Assembly: GCA_000934665.2 (NCBI GenBank)
Contig: KZ538366.1
Coordinates: 1-64,000, forward strand
Source: Catajapyx aquilonaris
Taxonomy: Eukaryota
Length of the DNA: 64,000 nucleotides
Direction of reading: 5' to 3'
Part shown: piece by piece, positions 23,922 through 38,530 of the stretch
Layout of the letters: every line of letters starts with the position of its first letter
Position numbering within the stretch: the stretch's first letter is position 1
Position numbers and translations under genes: made by a program
The notes under the pieces: generated by a model
The model's input: only the letters and a program-made list of their open reading frames with translations
What the model was told of the DNA's origin: nothing
Database searches by the model: none

Positions 23922-26900
23922 ATGAACCCAGAGGTGGAGTCATGCGTAAGGGGGAACGTAGGATGGGCAAAGCTGCCTCACGCAATCAAGCAGGTACGCA
24001 CACTACATTGAACGCAATTGAATGTACTTGCAATTGAATGTACTTGCAATAATAATTGTTGAACTGTCCCACAGCTTTTGGGCAACTCGCAGAAGGAGTA
24101 CGAGAAGTGCGTGCTCACCTTCAGCATCAAGAACCAGCTGCGACATCGGGGTAATCTAGGTACGTTCAATTGCTAATTAAAATGTACGCTGTGTCGTAAC
24201 TAATTGTATGTTTCAGTGCGTCAGATCAAAAAGGATGAGCGCAAGTACTACGAGGACCTCCTGGCGTACAGTCGGGATCACCTGATGCTGTACCCGTATC
24301 ATCTGTCGGACGTCATAGTGAAAGGGCTGCGAGTCACGCCCTTTCAGTACTACGTGTCGATCATAGAGCGGATTATGGAGCAAGAGAAAAGCTACGACTC
24401 GTTACCCAATTTCACTGCCGCTGACTGTTAGTTTTGTCCGGTTTTTGTCATTTTAATATTAATAGCTGGTCGCTGAATTCATCTTTGCGTTTTCAGGTTT
24501 ACGACTCCTGGGAATCGGACGGAACCAGTACATTGAGCTTATGAACCAGTGCAGGGCAGGTCGTCGCTTGTTTCGCCGTAAAGCGATACGTGACCTTTTG
24601 CCTCAGAAGCCGGTCAGCATTTCAATCGAGCCGTGGTACATGGTCCAGGTCGGATACGTCACCGAGGACGACGTTAAGGTAACGTTCATCATTCGCAAGC
24701 TACCGTTTATCTCATGTTCATGTGTTTCAGATTGTGACTGAACCTGAGAAGGAGGTAATAGATAAGGTGATTGATAACGGGGTGCAAAAGGCGGGCGATC
24801 TCGCTTACGATGAGGTCCACTCGTTGTACAGGTAACCTCAATTGATTTGCATTGTTGCGGTCGTATGCTGATTTCGGGTGTGTTCGCAGTAAAGGGCTGA
24901 TTTACCTGGACGTTCCGATGGATGACATGGACTACATTGTTGTACCTCCGCTCGAGGGATTTGTTATGAACAGGGTTCTCGGAGACTACTTCGAGACGCT
25001 GCTGTACAAGATTTTTGTTTCGATTGACGAACACACCTCTGTTGGCGAAGTAAGCATCTGTTTTAAATTGTGACGTACTTGTACTGAATTTTTTAATCAT
25101 ATTCGCAGTTGGCAAGTATACTTCAAATCGATTCTCTGCTTGTGAGGCATGCGGTTTCTCTGTACTGCCGTCTTGGTTTTGCACATAAAAAGGGCTTGGA
25201 CCTTGACTTTGCGGAGATGCATTCCAGCTGGAGCGACAAGTACACGCCAACTAAAGGGAGCATTGCGTAAGTGACATAAACTTAATTTAACCTACGATCA
25301 ATCCAGACTAGGTGGTTTTCAGACCTAGGACGCCGACAGTGGAAGACCAGCTTCTGATAGAACTGAACGCGGTTCTGAACGAAAGCTGGCAGGCTCCATC
25401 CGAGGAGAACTCTAGCGGGATTGATGATATGGACTCGGTTCTTCTCACAACTCCGACACCTCACGGGAAAAGAATTGCATTCCTGTTCGATTCGACGTTA
25501 ACAGCATTCCTAATGATGGGAAACCTCTCTTCGGTTTGTAACTACGAAGCATTGTCCTCGGCGTGAATTACCAACAATTTGTATGTTACAGGGCCTTAAA
25601 AACCATGCGGTGACCATGTTCGAAGTGGGGAAGCTCCCAGACGAAGCGCTTGACAGCCTGCTGGTTGAACTGGAGAAGATCTCAGCTGACGATAGCGAAG
25701 GAGAGGCCCAGCGGTACTTTGAGCACGCCCTTACCTTGCGCACCACTATTCTGTTCTTGCGCCGTAACCAGTCGATGTGCGATGACCTCGAGCCTGAAGA
25801 CCAAAGTTTGGGCCTGGATCTGATCAGATGTGAGAGCCTGCAAAGCCTGGATCCAGCCACTTGCACTAGACTACTCTCCAAGAACTATTCCTTGCTGGTT
25901 TCTATGGCTCCGTTGAGCAAGGAGGTTCGGCCGGTCAGATCATGCTTACCGCCACACTTGGGACCAGCCATACCGGAAGTCAATTCCATTTGGTTCAAGC
26001 TGTTTCTGTACCGAATCACGGGTCAGGGACCGCCTTCGCTTCTCCTCACCAAAGGAACGAGATTGAAGAGGCTTCCGCATGTGCTCAAAGGATATGACCG
26101 GCTGCTTGTCACCACCTGGAGTCACGACCCCGGAATCATTCCAACGTCCAGTGTCATCATGTCACTAAACGACGCGCTTTGTCACTCAGCAGTTCTGGTG
26201 CAGGTATGGACAGTTAGCGTCACTTTCGCAGCAATATTTTAACAAAATTATTCGCAGGCGTACGGTACATGCGGTGAAGCTGAAACTTTTGTCATTCCAT
26301 TTCCATTCGATGAGAATACCGATGCAGGTGAGACGTTTTATTGTAGCCCAATTTGCCGAAATTTTCTCAAAGTTACTTACCGAGATATCTTCTGTCGAAA
26401 GCGGAGTCGAAAACATCATGGCTTCATCATCCTGGAATGGTTGAACTCAGTCGCCACGTTGACCTTGCCCATAACTGCGGATTTGTCACCATGGTGAACC
26501 TACACCGACGAAAGGGCTGGTCCAAAGTAGCCGCCTCGGACGACCTGAGCCGACCTCTCTGGGGCCGCCTTCTGTCGCTCCCTGAAGGCGTCGAGGAAGT
26601 GTCCGAACTCAAGAGGGTCACCCCAATATTAACTCCGGACACGCCTTCGACTCCTTCACCCATAAATATGCCTACAAACGGCATCAAAGAAGGATGTGCG
26701 GCCATACTGGAGGAGGAACTCAGTCTGCTGGATGGCTTGGGTCAGAGGACAAACGTGGTTGTCACTAACGAAGAGGACCTGAGCGAATGGACCCTCCTCG
26801 ATTGTCACTTTGGCATCCCTTTGTTTGACGCAGGAGTCAACCAGAAGGTCAGCCAGAGGATAGTGACTGGAGGACTCTGGAGGAAGAGCAACCTCCAGAC

Positions 26901-27135
26901 GCTTGTGAAGTCTAGTCGCAACCTTTGCCTCAGGCTTCTCGATTTCATCTCCGAATTTCAGGTACGTACACCGTACACATTTTCAGTACGGTATGTAACG
27001 CTTTCTTCATAGGATCTCCCAGTGGCTGTGGAGGAAACGATGGGATCGAAAAAGCATCTTGCCCCCGAGGTTCCGCACCCTACTCGTAATCTAGTTTTCT
27101 ACCAGGGCAAACTGGAATCCTGGAACGGGAAGTGA
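23922..27135 (+). CDS. FAM91A1: FAM91A1 (WDR11-FAM91A1-C17orf75 vesicle-tethering complex subunit)
   Basis: Multi-exon gene with short introns: 23922-23993, 24075-24159, 24217-24426, 24497-24678, 24731-24831, 24890-25049, 25109-25266, further exons, last 27013-27135. Motifs [76 protein letters not shown] and [11 protein letters not shown]. Confidence 0.95.
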
Positions 27136-28680
27136 GCACCTACTTCTTCCAATCACTGCAGACGACTACAATCCCCCTAAATATATATATATATATATAT
27201 ATTGAGAAATGTTTGTTGCATAGTGTTTATTTTTTAATGAGAGTTTTTTGCCCAGTCATAGCCAAGTTTATAAGGTAAGAGAGAGAGAGAGAGAAAGAAA
27301 GAAAATAACGAGCATTTCTAACCCTTTCTACCGAAGTGTTGAAAAAAAATAATTAAAAATGCCCAGAACTTAAATAACGAAAGCTGTACATTCCACTGCA
27401 CTTAGTTGAAAAATGGATTAAACTTTTATATTTATGGAGAACATGAACGTTAAATGTAATTTGTTAACTGCAAATAAAAAAGATTACCTATAGTAAATTA
27501 TTGGCGTCGTTTTCTACGTGCATGTCAGTCGGTGGTACGTAATTGTGTAATTTGCACGTTACATTTTCATTTAAATTCGTCCGTTTCATTGCAGTTTCAT
27601 TGCAGTTTCAGAATTTAGTTGCACCTGTCCCTTTCCCATTGATAGGAAACGGTAAACTTTCTTTTGCAAGGAAATAAAAAAGTACCTTCAAGGTCATCCT
27701 GAGGAAGCAATTACGGCATGAAGTCAATGAAATTGTGCAGGAACCGTGAATAATTGACGTCGAGCGGCTGAAACAATGGCATCCGATATCGTGAGTAACG
27801 AGCTCGCCTATCATTTTCATTGTTACGTTTTGTTTCATGGCATGTTTGAATGTAAAAATCGCATGAAGTCGCACCGTGATTTAGGGACGTGTGCAGCGTT
27901 CAATTAAATGATGGATGCAGACAATCTCTTTTATTTTTGCTCACAAGTAACAAAAATATCTACCCGAGAGGCACACACCATTTTTTCAAATATATTCGTT
28001 GACAATGTGTGAATGCTAATAAGTGCCCATTCCAGCAACAATGATACCCTAGAAAAATCACCAGAAAGCCTCTATAACATTCATTATTATCCATTTAAAT
28101 GCGAAGGTGACAGCTGAGTTGAGCCGATGTGGGTTTTACACTGTGCGGGGGAAATTCGATGGACGACTAAAATGTGTCGGGCATGACAGGCCATGGAATG
28201 CTGGTAATAATTGATTGTGGCAATGCGCTTGTAAATCTCAATTCAGTTCAACTTAGCTTTCAAGCTCTGCATTGAACGTGTGCCTCGGTTTTTTTTGACA
28301 GCGTCAACATGCAGTATGCGGAACAAGCATGATGACATTAATGGCCGAAATATACGGCATGTGCTATATACTCTTGTCACGTTGTATCACATCAGCAATA
28401 TCAAGGCAATAACTGCAGTCTGACAGGAATAAGATCGACTAAGAATGTTCTGCAAGCCACCGACTAAGCCACCTACCGCCATCAAACTCAGTCTTTTTAT
28501 GGCATAAGGCATAACTCTCAAGCGTTTCTAAGTGTAATGGAACTTTTTTTTTTTTTGACCAGCATGTGCGCTCTAAATGGCTGAACATGCTTTTTTTTTT
28601 TGAGTGAATCTGAGACATGAAGCAATAACGTGGCTATATGGGAGGACAACATCGAATACAATTCGGCATCAGAAACAAAT

Positions 28681-31600
28681 TCATTGCGGTTGGCCTAAGA
28701 GAGCCAGCAAGATCTTGCGATAGTCTCCATCAGTGTCGTCCGCAACAGTATCCGTCAGTTCCTTCTCGTACAAGTTCTGAAACTCTGTCTTGATATCTTC
28801 CATATCAATCTGCAAGAAATGAGTAATTTATATAACACTTTGCGATAGGAACTCATTAGTAGTTTGTACCTCAGAACGAGTCACGATGATTCGAATCAGC
28901 GTGGAATCATCAGTTCCGGCTCCCTTCATGGCCTTGCGGAGTCGCTCAGCGAAGAATGCAGGCAGGTTTTTCACACTTTGAACTGTAAACGGATTTTGCT
29001 GATTACTCTAAATATACCGCCCAGTTATAAAGACTCACCGATTGCCAGAAGCCCATCTTGCATATTCCCACTGAACTCGGAGCGTATTCCTTCCTCTATG
29101 TCATTCCCGACCAGCTCCTCGTAGGCCTTGAACGTCTCTCTCAGCTGCGGATAGCTCCGTGTGCACAGAATAGCATTGAACACAGATTCCTCCGTACCAA
29201 TACCAAGACCAGCTTCTTGCAGTGCCTACATATAAAACATGGTTTTTACACTTGTTGATTGAACTAAATTGATTTCAGATTCACCTGTGCATCTTCCTTG
29301 GCTCTATCCTCATCCACTTCCTCATCTTCTTCCCTGGCCGCTGTGATGAGAGCCACCATCAAGTTTTGAAAGTCACCGCTGAGGTCACCTTTGATGTCCT
29401 CCTCCAGATCCGTCTCATACTCTGTAATAATATCGGAATCAATATCTCCTTTGGGTTAAGGCCTCATCAATCTTTAATAGCGATTTTGGTCTGCCAGTCG
29501 GGACACACTGTTGATACTCACTCTCCTTGTAGAACTCCTTGATGGCCTCCAGCTCACTGTTGGTGCGGCAACATATGATTCCAATCAGGCTGTACTCATC
29601 CGTTCCCAGGCCCTGTTGGATTACACACAAAAAAGGGGTGAATCGATTTTGGAGCATGAATTAGATTGCATTTTAAAGGCGTTAGGACAACAATAGCCGG
29701 GGCCCATTCCCATTATCTATTCAAACATGGGGTGGGTTCTATTCTTAACATGTTACGTAACCGGCTTGCGGTACAGCCATGGCCAAATGTGAATATTTTA
29801 CATATCATTTTGCATATTGTATGCTGCTTGGCTTTCTTTGCACATATGCTGAGTATATGTACCGCCGAAGGGAATGTTTAGTGTTCAGTTTTAAAAATTC
29901 TTCAGTACAAATAGTTTTGTTAATGTCATATGAGTGGCATTAGATTTCAACTCCAGCAATTAACTAATGGTAGCTTATCTCTGACATAAACAGTCCATCT
30001 GTCTCAGTGCGTTCATGAATAATATTTACAGTACAGGGTACACCCAAACGTCTCTATCAGTTCAACCTGATTGTTTATTCCATCAACCAATTTTTTTTTT
30101 TTGGTTGGCAATATGTCAAAACGATCCTTCTGAAACGCTGTGTACTTGAGCATTGTACCACCCTGTAGGTTTTCGGCTGGTTCCAACTGTCTGGGAGTGT
30201 TTCCGCGCAGCTTCCGCGCTTCGGATCAATACAAAACGGGGGTCTTGAAATTGTGGCCTGCTTTTTTTATAGTATATTTCCCCCGGCCATGAAAGGGGGG
30301 CTGGCTCCGTGAAAACTGAGCCCTTTAATTCAGGGGCCAGCTCTTCAAAAAAAAAAAAAGAGACATGTCATCAACTGTAAGGGTCGTATGGCGTGACCTA
30401 TACACGTCTTCATAAAGGGATCATTTTTGTCCACTCTAAGGATGATCTCATGTAGTTGCAACCAAAATGTTGGGCATGCACAATGATCCTTTTCATTATT
30501 AGTACAGAGAGCAATATTGTAAGTACATGCTTTGCTAACCTTCATAGTCTCATGAAGACATTCGACCAGATAGTCCTCTGGCTCCTGCAGAAGAGCCAGA
30601 GACACTTCCTCGAAGTTTCCTCCCAGCTCTCCCTTGATGTCCTCAATCAAGTCCTGCGGGGGACAGACCAAAAAAATAAAAAGGACCAAAATAATTTAAA
30701 AAAAAGTGTTGAAAGTTTGTTGGATAAACTTGCCTTTCCGTAACTTCCTTTGTAGAGAGTGATGATCTCCTGTCGTTGCTCGCAGTTGTGCGAAGTCAGT
30801 ACATCTATGATTGTCTTCTCGTCTGTTCCTATACCTTTGAAGGACTTGTGGAGAAGCTGGCAGGCTCTCTCTGGGTCGAAGTCATCATTGGCCTTTACGG
30901 TGCCCTACAACGTACAACAATGGAAAATAGTTCACACACAACTATCGAACAACCATTTTCGTTCCACCCTGTGCAACTTGGGAAACGTCAATGTCAAAAC
31001 CTGATCACGCGATGCTTACTGTACACATTTATACCTCAACTAAACTGTCATAAAAACATTACTCAAAAAAATACATAATCAGTGGCGACTACAACTACTT
31101 ACAAGTCTGTACCAAAAAACATGGACGGATCACGCCCTGTTTTTAATTAATTTGATAAGTAGTCCGCCTTGTTGAAATATTCATGATTACAGGCGTCTCT
31201 CTCTCTAGCTGCGTGTGTGCACACAACAGGACCACAAACACGCCCATCTCCTGCGCTTTTGCTCGTCTGTATAGAAAATCCTGCAAGATCGATTTCTCAC
31301 GTGCTGTGCGTGGGCGGGTACCACAGGTACGGACGTGATTTTTATTCAGACCGCAGTATCACAGGATGGGTCATAAATGAGCTTCAAGAGTCAACTCATA
31401 TGTAGAGATGTCATTTGGTCTACGCAGCATCGTTACAGAGATATCAGGGTGTATCAGTGATAATTTTTTAAAAAACCAGCTGACCTCAGAAGTTGTGCGA
31501 ATCATTACGACACATCCTGTAGTTTGGAGAAAAAAAATATATCGCACAGGCCTTGAGTGGTATGAGGGTGATTCACGGTTTCAGTGAGCGGAACAGGAAT

Positions 31601-32656
31601 GTATATCCCAGGCTCTATATAACCCCACCCGTTGATTGGTAGTGCAAAAAAAAATTGCACACCCAGACGTATCATCACGTACACGTGTGGCCTTAATTTC
31701 GACAGAATTCGGGGATGTATGATTTTTGAATGTCACCCTGTACAAGTGAGCAAACTGCGCCGTCTCGACACACTTGTCACGCGATCAATTCAATTAAAGT
31801 GTGCTTCCCTTTTGATATAGCGGGGGACTAGAAATGCAAAATGCATCCGCGAAATATTGCAAACATGACTATTGAACTTCAATAGCTCCTTTTTATAGGC
31901 CCTATTCGATCGATTTGAAATGCCTAAACCATGTCCCCTCCTCGGCGCCTCCTGTTTTTTAGGATGTCTAATACGATTACGTAATAGGCGCCGTACTTAA
32001 TTGATCCGCAATCGGTAATTCACAACTAATTTTTTTTGCGAATATTAAATATGGCACCTAAAAGAGGCTGCATTTGCAATGAGAAAGCTCGCTTCCGATC
32101 CGATTTCTATGAAACTGGGCTAATTGAACCATAAATTGCACCGTACATGACAAATTATCCGGAAACTTTTTTAAAATTAATTTACACCGTACTGACATTA
32201 GAGTAAAACCAGGCTTAATTGATCCACGATCGGTTTTAGTTAATTTAACAATTGTAAAAAAATATTACAATACACTACAGGCTGTGCATTCGTACCGTAA
32301 AGAGAAAGCACGTTTCCGATCCGATTTTTTAATGAATAAAATTGCAATAGTTGGCCCATAAATTACACTGTACACGTTGCACAATTTTATTATTAAATAT
32401 ATTAAATTAATAAACCGTACCAACCAACATCATAGACATATTTTCTCAGTAATCTCCTTCACAAAAAAAACCCAGCCTATGATTATTGCCTTTCCTAGCA
32501 ATTACCGCATGTAATTTCTCATCAACATTTTTAAACGTTTTTTTTTCTCTCCCACAGTTGATGTCAATCAAATTTCCTATATAAATAACAATAAAGTACT
32601 GGTTGTCGCAAAAACGGATAACTCACCTCAGGTCTTGGGAAGAAAAATCGAGCCAT
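28681..32656 (-). CDS. Annexin (four repeats), about 323 aa
   Basis: Exons 32656-32627 ([10 protein letters not shown], least certain), 30904-30734, 30653-30540, 29612-29522, 29421-29285, 29225-29039, 28982-28870 and 28809-28681. Motifs [45 protein letters not shown] and [15 protein letters not shown]. One GC-AG intron. Confidence 0.93.
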
Positions 32657-34684
32657 CACTTTTTAGATATAGTTTGACAGCAAACTTTTTTTTTCCAGGA
32701 GCCAAATGATGTTGAAGCTGTAGTTGACTCAAAGGCCAGACTGCGACTGAATCTCTCGCGGTTTTTTCGCTCGCCAAAAAAAGAGAGAATCGACCAGTCT
32801 CCATCTCTCGGCTGCAATTCAAATCCTCTCTGCCATCTAGGTACCGTTAATGGTACCGAAACATTGTCGCAAATTTTCTTCATTTTCAAACTGCATAATT
32901 TTACATACGACCTTGGTAACCACCACGCAATTTTTACCTCAAATTTTTTTATTGCGATTTTTTTTTTTTGCTTGCAACGTATACCTGGCCGTCAATTCAC
33001 AGCACATGAACACAGGGGGTTTACATAGTTGTAGAGGATGAGGAGAGAGAGTGTGTGGGGGAAGTAGGAGGGCATTTGTGAGCCAAGCCAACCGAGCAAC
33101 CCGTTGGGTCACTTCTTCAGAGGCCGAGGAGGGCACCTGACTTCGTTAGGAAAAGGTAGCCAACAAAGTTTCAGCTGGGGAAACACGCAGTGCTCAAATT
33201 AATTGTAAGTTGGCCCATTAGTTCAAATCTTATGTAGAAATAATGTGTGCTTAATTATTAATTAAAATGTGTACCTTTTTGTGCGAATTTTTTTTGCGAA
33301 ATAGTTCAATGCCACTTTGTTCATACCTGAAATGCAATAGAACATTTGGGGTTGATTGCACTATATAGGATCCAGTTTTTATTGAGCTGTAATTACAGCA
33401 GTACATGTCAAAGTCTGTGTTACAAAATGAGCTCAATTTTTGGCTGAAACGTGACCTTTTTTTTAAAAAAAGTGACATGTCTTACAAAATGAGCTCAATT
33501 TTTTTGGCAATTTTTTAGAGGCATGTTACATGTGGAGCAACAGGTGGAAGATCCTGTAAAAAAATATAGTTGAAGCCCATCTTGCTTGAGTCACTAGTTA
33601 TTTGCTGCAAGTAAGAGGGTCTTCAACTATGCAGTTTTTTGCAATCGCAATGTGTGACAAGTGTAGTTTTTTCTCCATAGCCAAATTGCTTCAGAGGCCA
33701 ACACGTTTGAAGGTCCATGTAGGTCATTGCGGAGGATTTTTTCTTCTGGAGACGAAAAGAAACTGTCTTACTTCTCTTCCTTCGTTTGTTTCGTGCTTCA
33801 ACTTTACAAGCATAGCTTCCCTCCCCGGAAGACATGTGACGACCCCCTTTTTTTTGCGAAATATTTTTTATGCGATTCTCACGTCATATATAGGCTCAGG
33901 TTAACAACCTTTTGCGGGTAGCACCATATGTTTGCACCCAATGCAGCTGTAATGACATTTTAGAATATTTAATAAAGTGTTGACTGAACAAGTGGAAAAA
34001 TACGATGGGATTTAGCGAAAAAATTTCGTGCAAAATTTATTTTGCAAGTCATTGTGACGCCATAGTTGGACTGATTCCGCCTGAAAACAATACTTTTGTG
34101 CATTTTAAAATCGACAGAGATTGCTCAACACTGTTGTGTAAGAATGTGTGGGAATTTTTTTTGCAATACAATTCGCACACTCTGCCAACCGGCATGCTGA
34201 AATCATCTTTTTTCTTCCTAATATTCTTTTGAGTCCAATTTTTTTTTACTGTTATGAACAAACTGGGATGAAACCAACAATCATGCTGCTGCATTTGCGC
34301 AAATTACATTGCAGCAATGGTTATTATATTGTATTATCTAACTCTTCATGCAGTGAATCAGCAAATTGTAAAGTTGCAAAAAAATAATTGTTTAAATATC
34401 AACCATTACCAGCTCTTGCCATTACACACTGGCAGGTGGGATTTAGACTAAATTGTACTACCAGATGCACTTTTTGCAGGTCTTATTTTTGGCAATAATT
34501 GAGAGGTTATGTGGTACATGACTTTGATATGATCCATACTTTGTATGTGAATTGCTCAGTCAGTTTTAAATGATCATTTGCAGTATCCTGCTTATCAACA
34601 GGTGTCCTTGAGAGCCCTTTTCTCTCTCCTGATCTGCATGCAACCAACATCACAGCTGACTCAAATATTTTCACAAGTGTGAAG

Positions 34685-37346
34685 ATGGCGCCTGTGATGA
34701 GCAAGCTCCGTCTCCTGGATGGAAAAGTGGTCTTCGCAGCATCTTCCCTAGCATCATTGCTCTGGTTTGCAAGACTCTACTACAAGTCCAAGGCCAGGAA
34801 GTATGCAAAAAACACATACATTATTAGCATATGGGGGGGCTAACAGGTGTATGAACATTATGTAACGCATGGGTTCATTAGGTACAAGCCGCAGGGTGTA
34901 ACTTAAGTATGTCTAATCCGCAGACGTCAAAATGAGAAGCCGGAGCTGCGGTACATTATTGAGGAGAAGAAGAGGCGTCTGAAGGCACAGCTTAGCCTCA
35001 GCTTCCTGAAGCAGTTACGCCACATTCTTCAAATCATAATACCGAGATGGTACTCCGTGGAAGCTGGCTACATGTTTTCCATATCCGGTCTCCTGATGGT
35101 CCGATCACTCTGCGACATCTTTATCATCTCGCTTGGGACTCAGATTGAGAGCTCCATTATCCAGCAGAACAATCATTTGTTCAAGAAGCATCTCACTAGC
35201 TTTGCTCTCACCATGCCTTTGGTAAGCCACCGTGGAAAGAAGCCACATGGATCGGTCACGAATGGTAAAACTGTGTCGCTTTTCGCAGATGTCGCTGGTG
35301 AATAATCTGCTCAAGTATACCATCAACAAGCTGAAGCTGCGATACCGAAAGAGGCTCACGGAGCATCTTTGCGGGCAGTACCTGACGTAAGTATTTTCAA
35401 CAGGAGACAGAATTTAAATACTGCTTGAATTTCCTTTCTGCAGTGGGCTGACTTATTACCGGATGAACAACATTGACAACCGCATTTCCAACCCCGATCA
35501 GCTTCTAACTACGGACGTAGAAAAGTTTTGCAACAGTTTTGCCGACCTGTACTCTTCCATAAGCAAGCCAGTGCTGGATATTATTATTTACGTACGAGGC
35601 CTGACATCAAGTATTGGTGGGAAGACGCCTTCCATCATGATTCTGTATTTGCTGTTGGCCGGTGCGGCTCTCTCTCGAGTCCACAGGCCTGTCGGAAGGT
35701 TCACAATGAACGAGCAGAAACTGGAGGGGGAGTTCAGGTACGTGAACTCCAGGCTGATCACCAACTCCGAGGAGGTTGCGTTTTACCAGGGGAACAGCCG
35801 GGAGAAACTCACGGTTCTCGCAGTATTCAGGAAGTTGGTGAGTCGCTCCGTCCTGCATTTTTCTTCAGCACTATGCTAACCGTTGGATTACATTGCAGAT
35901 GAATCACATGGAGAGCTTTGTGGACCTCCGCTTCTACCTGGGCTATCTCGACAACATTGTAGCAAAGTGTGAGTAGTATTTTGGTCATCTGTCGATCAAA
36001 CGCTTGAACCGAGCTATTTCCTTCAGATTTTGCCACCGTCGTTGGCTACTATGCTGTGAGCAGACCCTTCCTGAGCAAACGGCACCACCTGTCAAGCATC
36101 ACTCAGGGCAAGCGACTCGAGGTAAGTTGACTTGCAATGTACATCGTTGAGTAGCTATGACAATAATTTATTTCCTGCAGGAGTACTACCAAAGTGGCCG
36201 CATGTTGGTCCGTCTGGCTGAGGCAATTGGGAAGCTGGTGCTGGCCATCTGGGAGCTTACCAAACTGGCCGGGTACACAGCCAGGGTCACGGAGCTAATG
36301 AGAGTGCTCAAGGACCTCAACGAGGGGAAATATGAGTGTGGCGTTGTCAGGCAGAGGAACGGGGTCAACGGGACAGGTCAGTTGGCACGACATAATTATG
36401 CTAGACTCTAACAGTTTGTCAATTGCAGGAATGAGCAGCAAAGAGAACTCCCTAATTACATCCGTCCCTCTCATTCCTGGCTCCGGCTCAATAATAATCT
36501 GCGACAACCTGATCCGGTTTGAGAAGGTTCCATTGGTGACGCCAAATGGCGATGTGCTCATCAAGGAGCTCAATTTTCAGGTAGATATCAACGCATGTGT
36601 GTCGTGAAACTTGGTTGAAAAACTGCGCACTGTTTTAGGTGGAGAGTGGAGTTAATGTCCTGGTTTGCGGTCCAAACGGATGCGGAAAGTCTTCCCTCTT
36701 CCGCCTTCTGGGTGAACTCTGGCCGCTGTTTGGCGGGACACTAGTTAAACCTCCGCAGGGCAAACTTTTCTACATTCCACAAAGGCCTTACATGACCCTC
36801 GGGACGCTAAGGGACCAAGTGATGTATCCAGACAGCATTGGGGATATGCGCCAAAAGAGGATCAGTGACAAAGACCTCATACAGTTCCTCGAGGTGGTGC
36901 AATTGGACCATCTTCTAGAGCGGGAAGGAGGCTGGGATGCTGTGGCCGATTGGATGGATGTTCTCAGCGGCGGAGAGAAGCAAAGGATTGCGGTAAGTGT
37001 GAAGATGCACCGTGCAAGGAACGATTGTGACCCAATTGATATTGCAGATGGCACGACTTTTCTATCACAAGCCGCAATTTGCTATCCTGGACGAATGTAC
37101 CAGCGCGGTGAGCGTGGACGTTGAGGGATCCATGTACCGTTACTGTCGTAATGAGAATATTACGCTCTTTACTGTCAGTCATCGTAAGTCTCTCTGGGAG
37201 CATCATGAGGTAAGTCGCAATGATGTTGTACTTAATCGTAAAGTAATTGCCAAACTCTATTTCCGCAGTATTACCTCTACATGGACGGACGAGGCTCGTA
37301 CGAATTCAAGCGAATCGAAGCAGACACTAAGGAGTTTGGGTCATGA
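34685..37346 (+). CDS. ABCD3: Peroxisomal ABC half-transporter PMP70
   Basis: Starts MAPVMSK. Motifs [42 protein letters not shown], Walker [10 protein letters not shown], signature [10 protein letters not shown] and Walker [12 protein letters not shown]. Ends EFGS*. About 10 exons with short introns. Confidence 0.95.
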
Positions 37347-37490
37347 ATAGGTAGTAAAATATTAGATACATGACCATGTGATAATAGCTTACATGTACTG
37401 TTGCTGTTGCGAGACTAGTGTCCATAGTGGGGGTGTGCAGTATTATTGTTTTTATAAAGTATCGCTCATTGTCACGTAATACGACGCAAT

Positions 37491-37613
37491 GAGTACGTTG
37501 CTCAACTCAGCAGCTGCCGCATCGAAACAAAAAAGTAACAATATTATTAAATTGTTATTTTATTGTTACTCTTTTGTTTCGATGCAGCTGCGGCTGAGTT
37601 TAGCGACGTACTC
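37491..37613. repeat. Imperfect palindrome with arms of about 52 bp downstream of the ABCD3 stop
   Basis: GAGTACGTTGCT..GCATCGAAACAAAA..GTAACAATA and TATTGTTAC..TTTTGTTTCGATGC..AGCGACGTACTC. Confidence 0.75.
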
Positions 37614-37974
37614 AGCAATTCAATTTAAAGAAAGTAAATGACAAACATCAGTTCCTACCGGTGACATATCAACTCGGAACTGACAAACCTTCCAATAATC
37701 AAAGTGCAATTTTTTAGTTTATTGCACATTCGAATTAATAACTTATGACCCAAGTTTTTTATACTGTTTCCAAAACACACCGTGATTATTAGGATTATTA
37801 TTATTATTGATGGTGGTTAAATGGAGGTTGTGATTGTTTTTTTGAAGATGGTTATTATATTTTGGAGAGTATAACATTTCCACATGCAGGTAATGGGACT
37901 TTGTATTTTTAATGTGCTCATAGAGCTGTCGCAATAAAAAAAGAATGTATAACAAAAATATTGTGTGCCATTTT

Positions 37975-38530
37975 CTATATGGTCCTCAAGTCATAATTTC
38001 CTCTGTTCTATGGTCTCCTCGGGTCATTATTTTCCTGTTCTATGGTCTCCTCGGGTCATTATTTTCCTGTTCTATGATCCTCAAGTCATTATTCTCCTGT
38101 TCTATGATCCTCAAGTCATTATTCTCCTGTTCTATGATCCTCAAGTCATTATTCTCCTGTTCTATGATCCTCAAGTCATTATTCTCCTGTTCTATGATCC
38201 TCAAGTCATTAATTTCCTGTTCTATGATCCTCAAGTCATTAATTTCCTGTTCTATGATCCTCAAGTCATTATTTTTCCTCAGTACTGCGGTCATCTCCTC
38301 GAGTCATTATTTTCCTCTGTACTGTGGTCCTCAAGTCATTATTTCCTCTTGTTCTATGGTCCTCAAGTCATTCTTTTCCTCATTCAGTAGGCTACTGTGG
38401 TCTTCTCAAGTAATTATTTTTCATCAGTACTGTGGTCTTCTCAAGTAATTATTTTTCCTCAGTACTGTGGTCTTCTCAAGCCATTATTTCTTCTGTTCTA
38501 TGGTCTCCTCAAGTCATTATTTTCCTCTGT
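37975..38530. repeat. 30-bp minisatellite (TCTATGATCCTCAAGTCATTATTCTCCTGT) immediately upstream of midnolin
   Basis: Near-perfect units at 38071-38270 with degenerate units on both sides. Confidence 0.95.

Noticed and set aside
32420..32450. Alternative annexin first exon (MSMML)
   Set aside because: It needs a weak GTTGGT donor; the exon at 32656-32627 has a consensus GTGAGT donor and the correct phase.
37945..38448. ORFs with SLFSCSMILK / NDLRIIEQEN repeats; CRISPR-like appearance
   Set aside because: This is a 30-bp minisatellite with no unique spacers and no cas genes, in a eukaryotic context.
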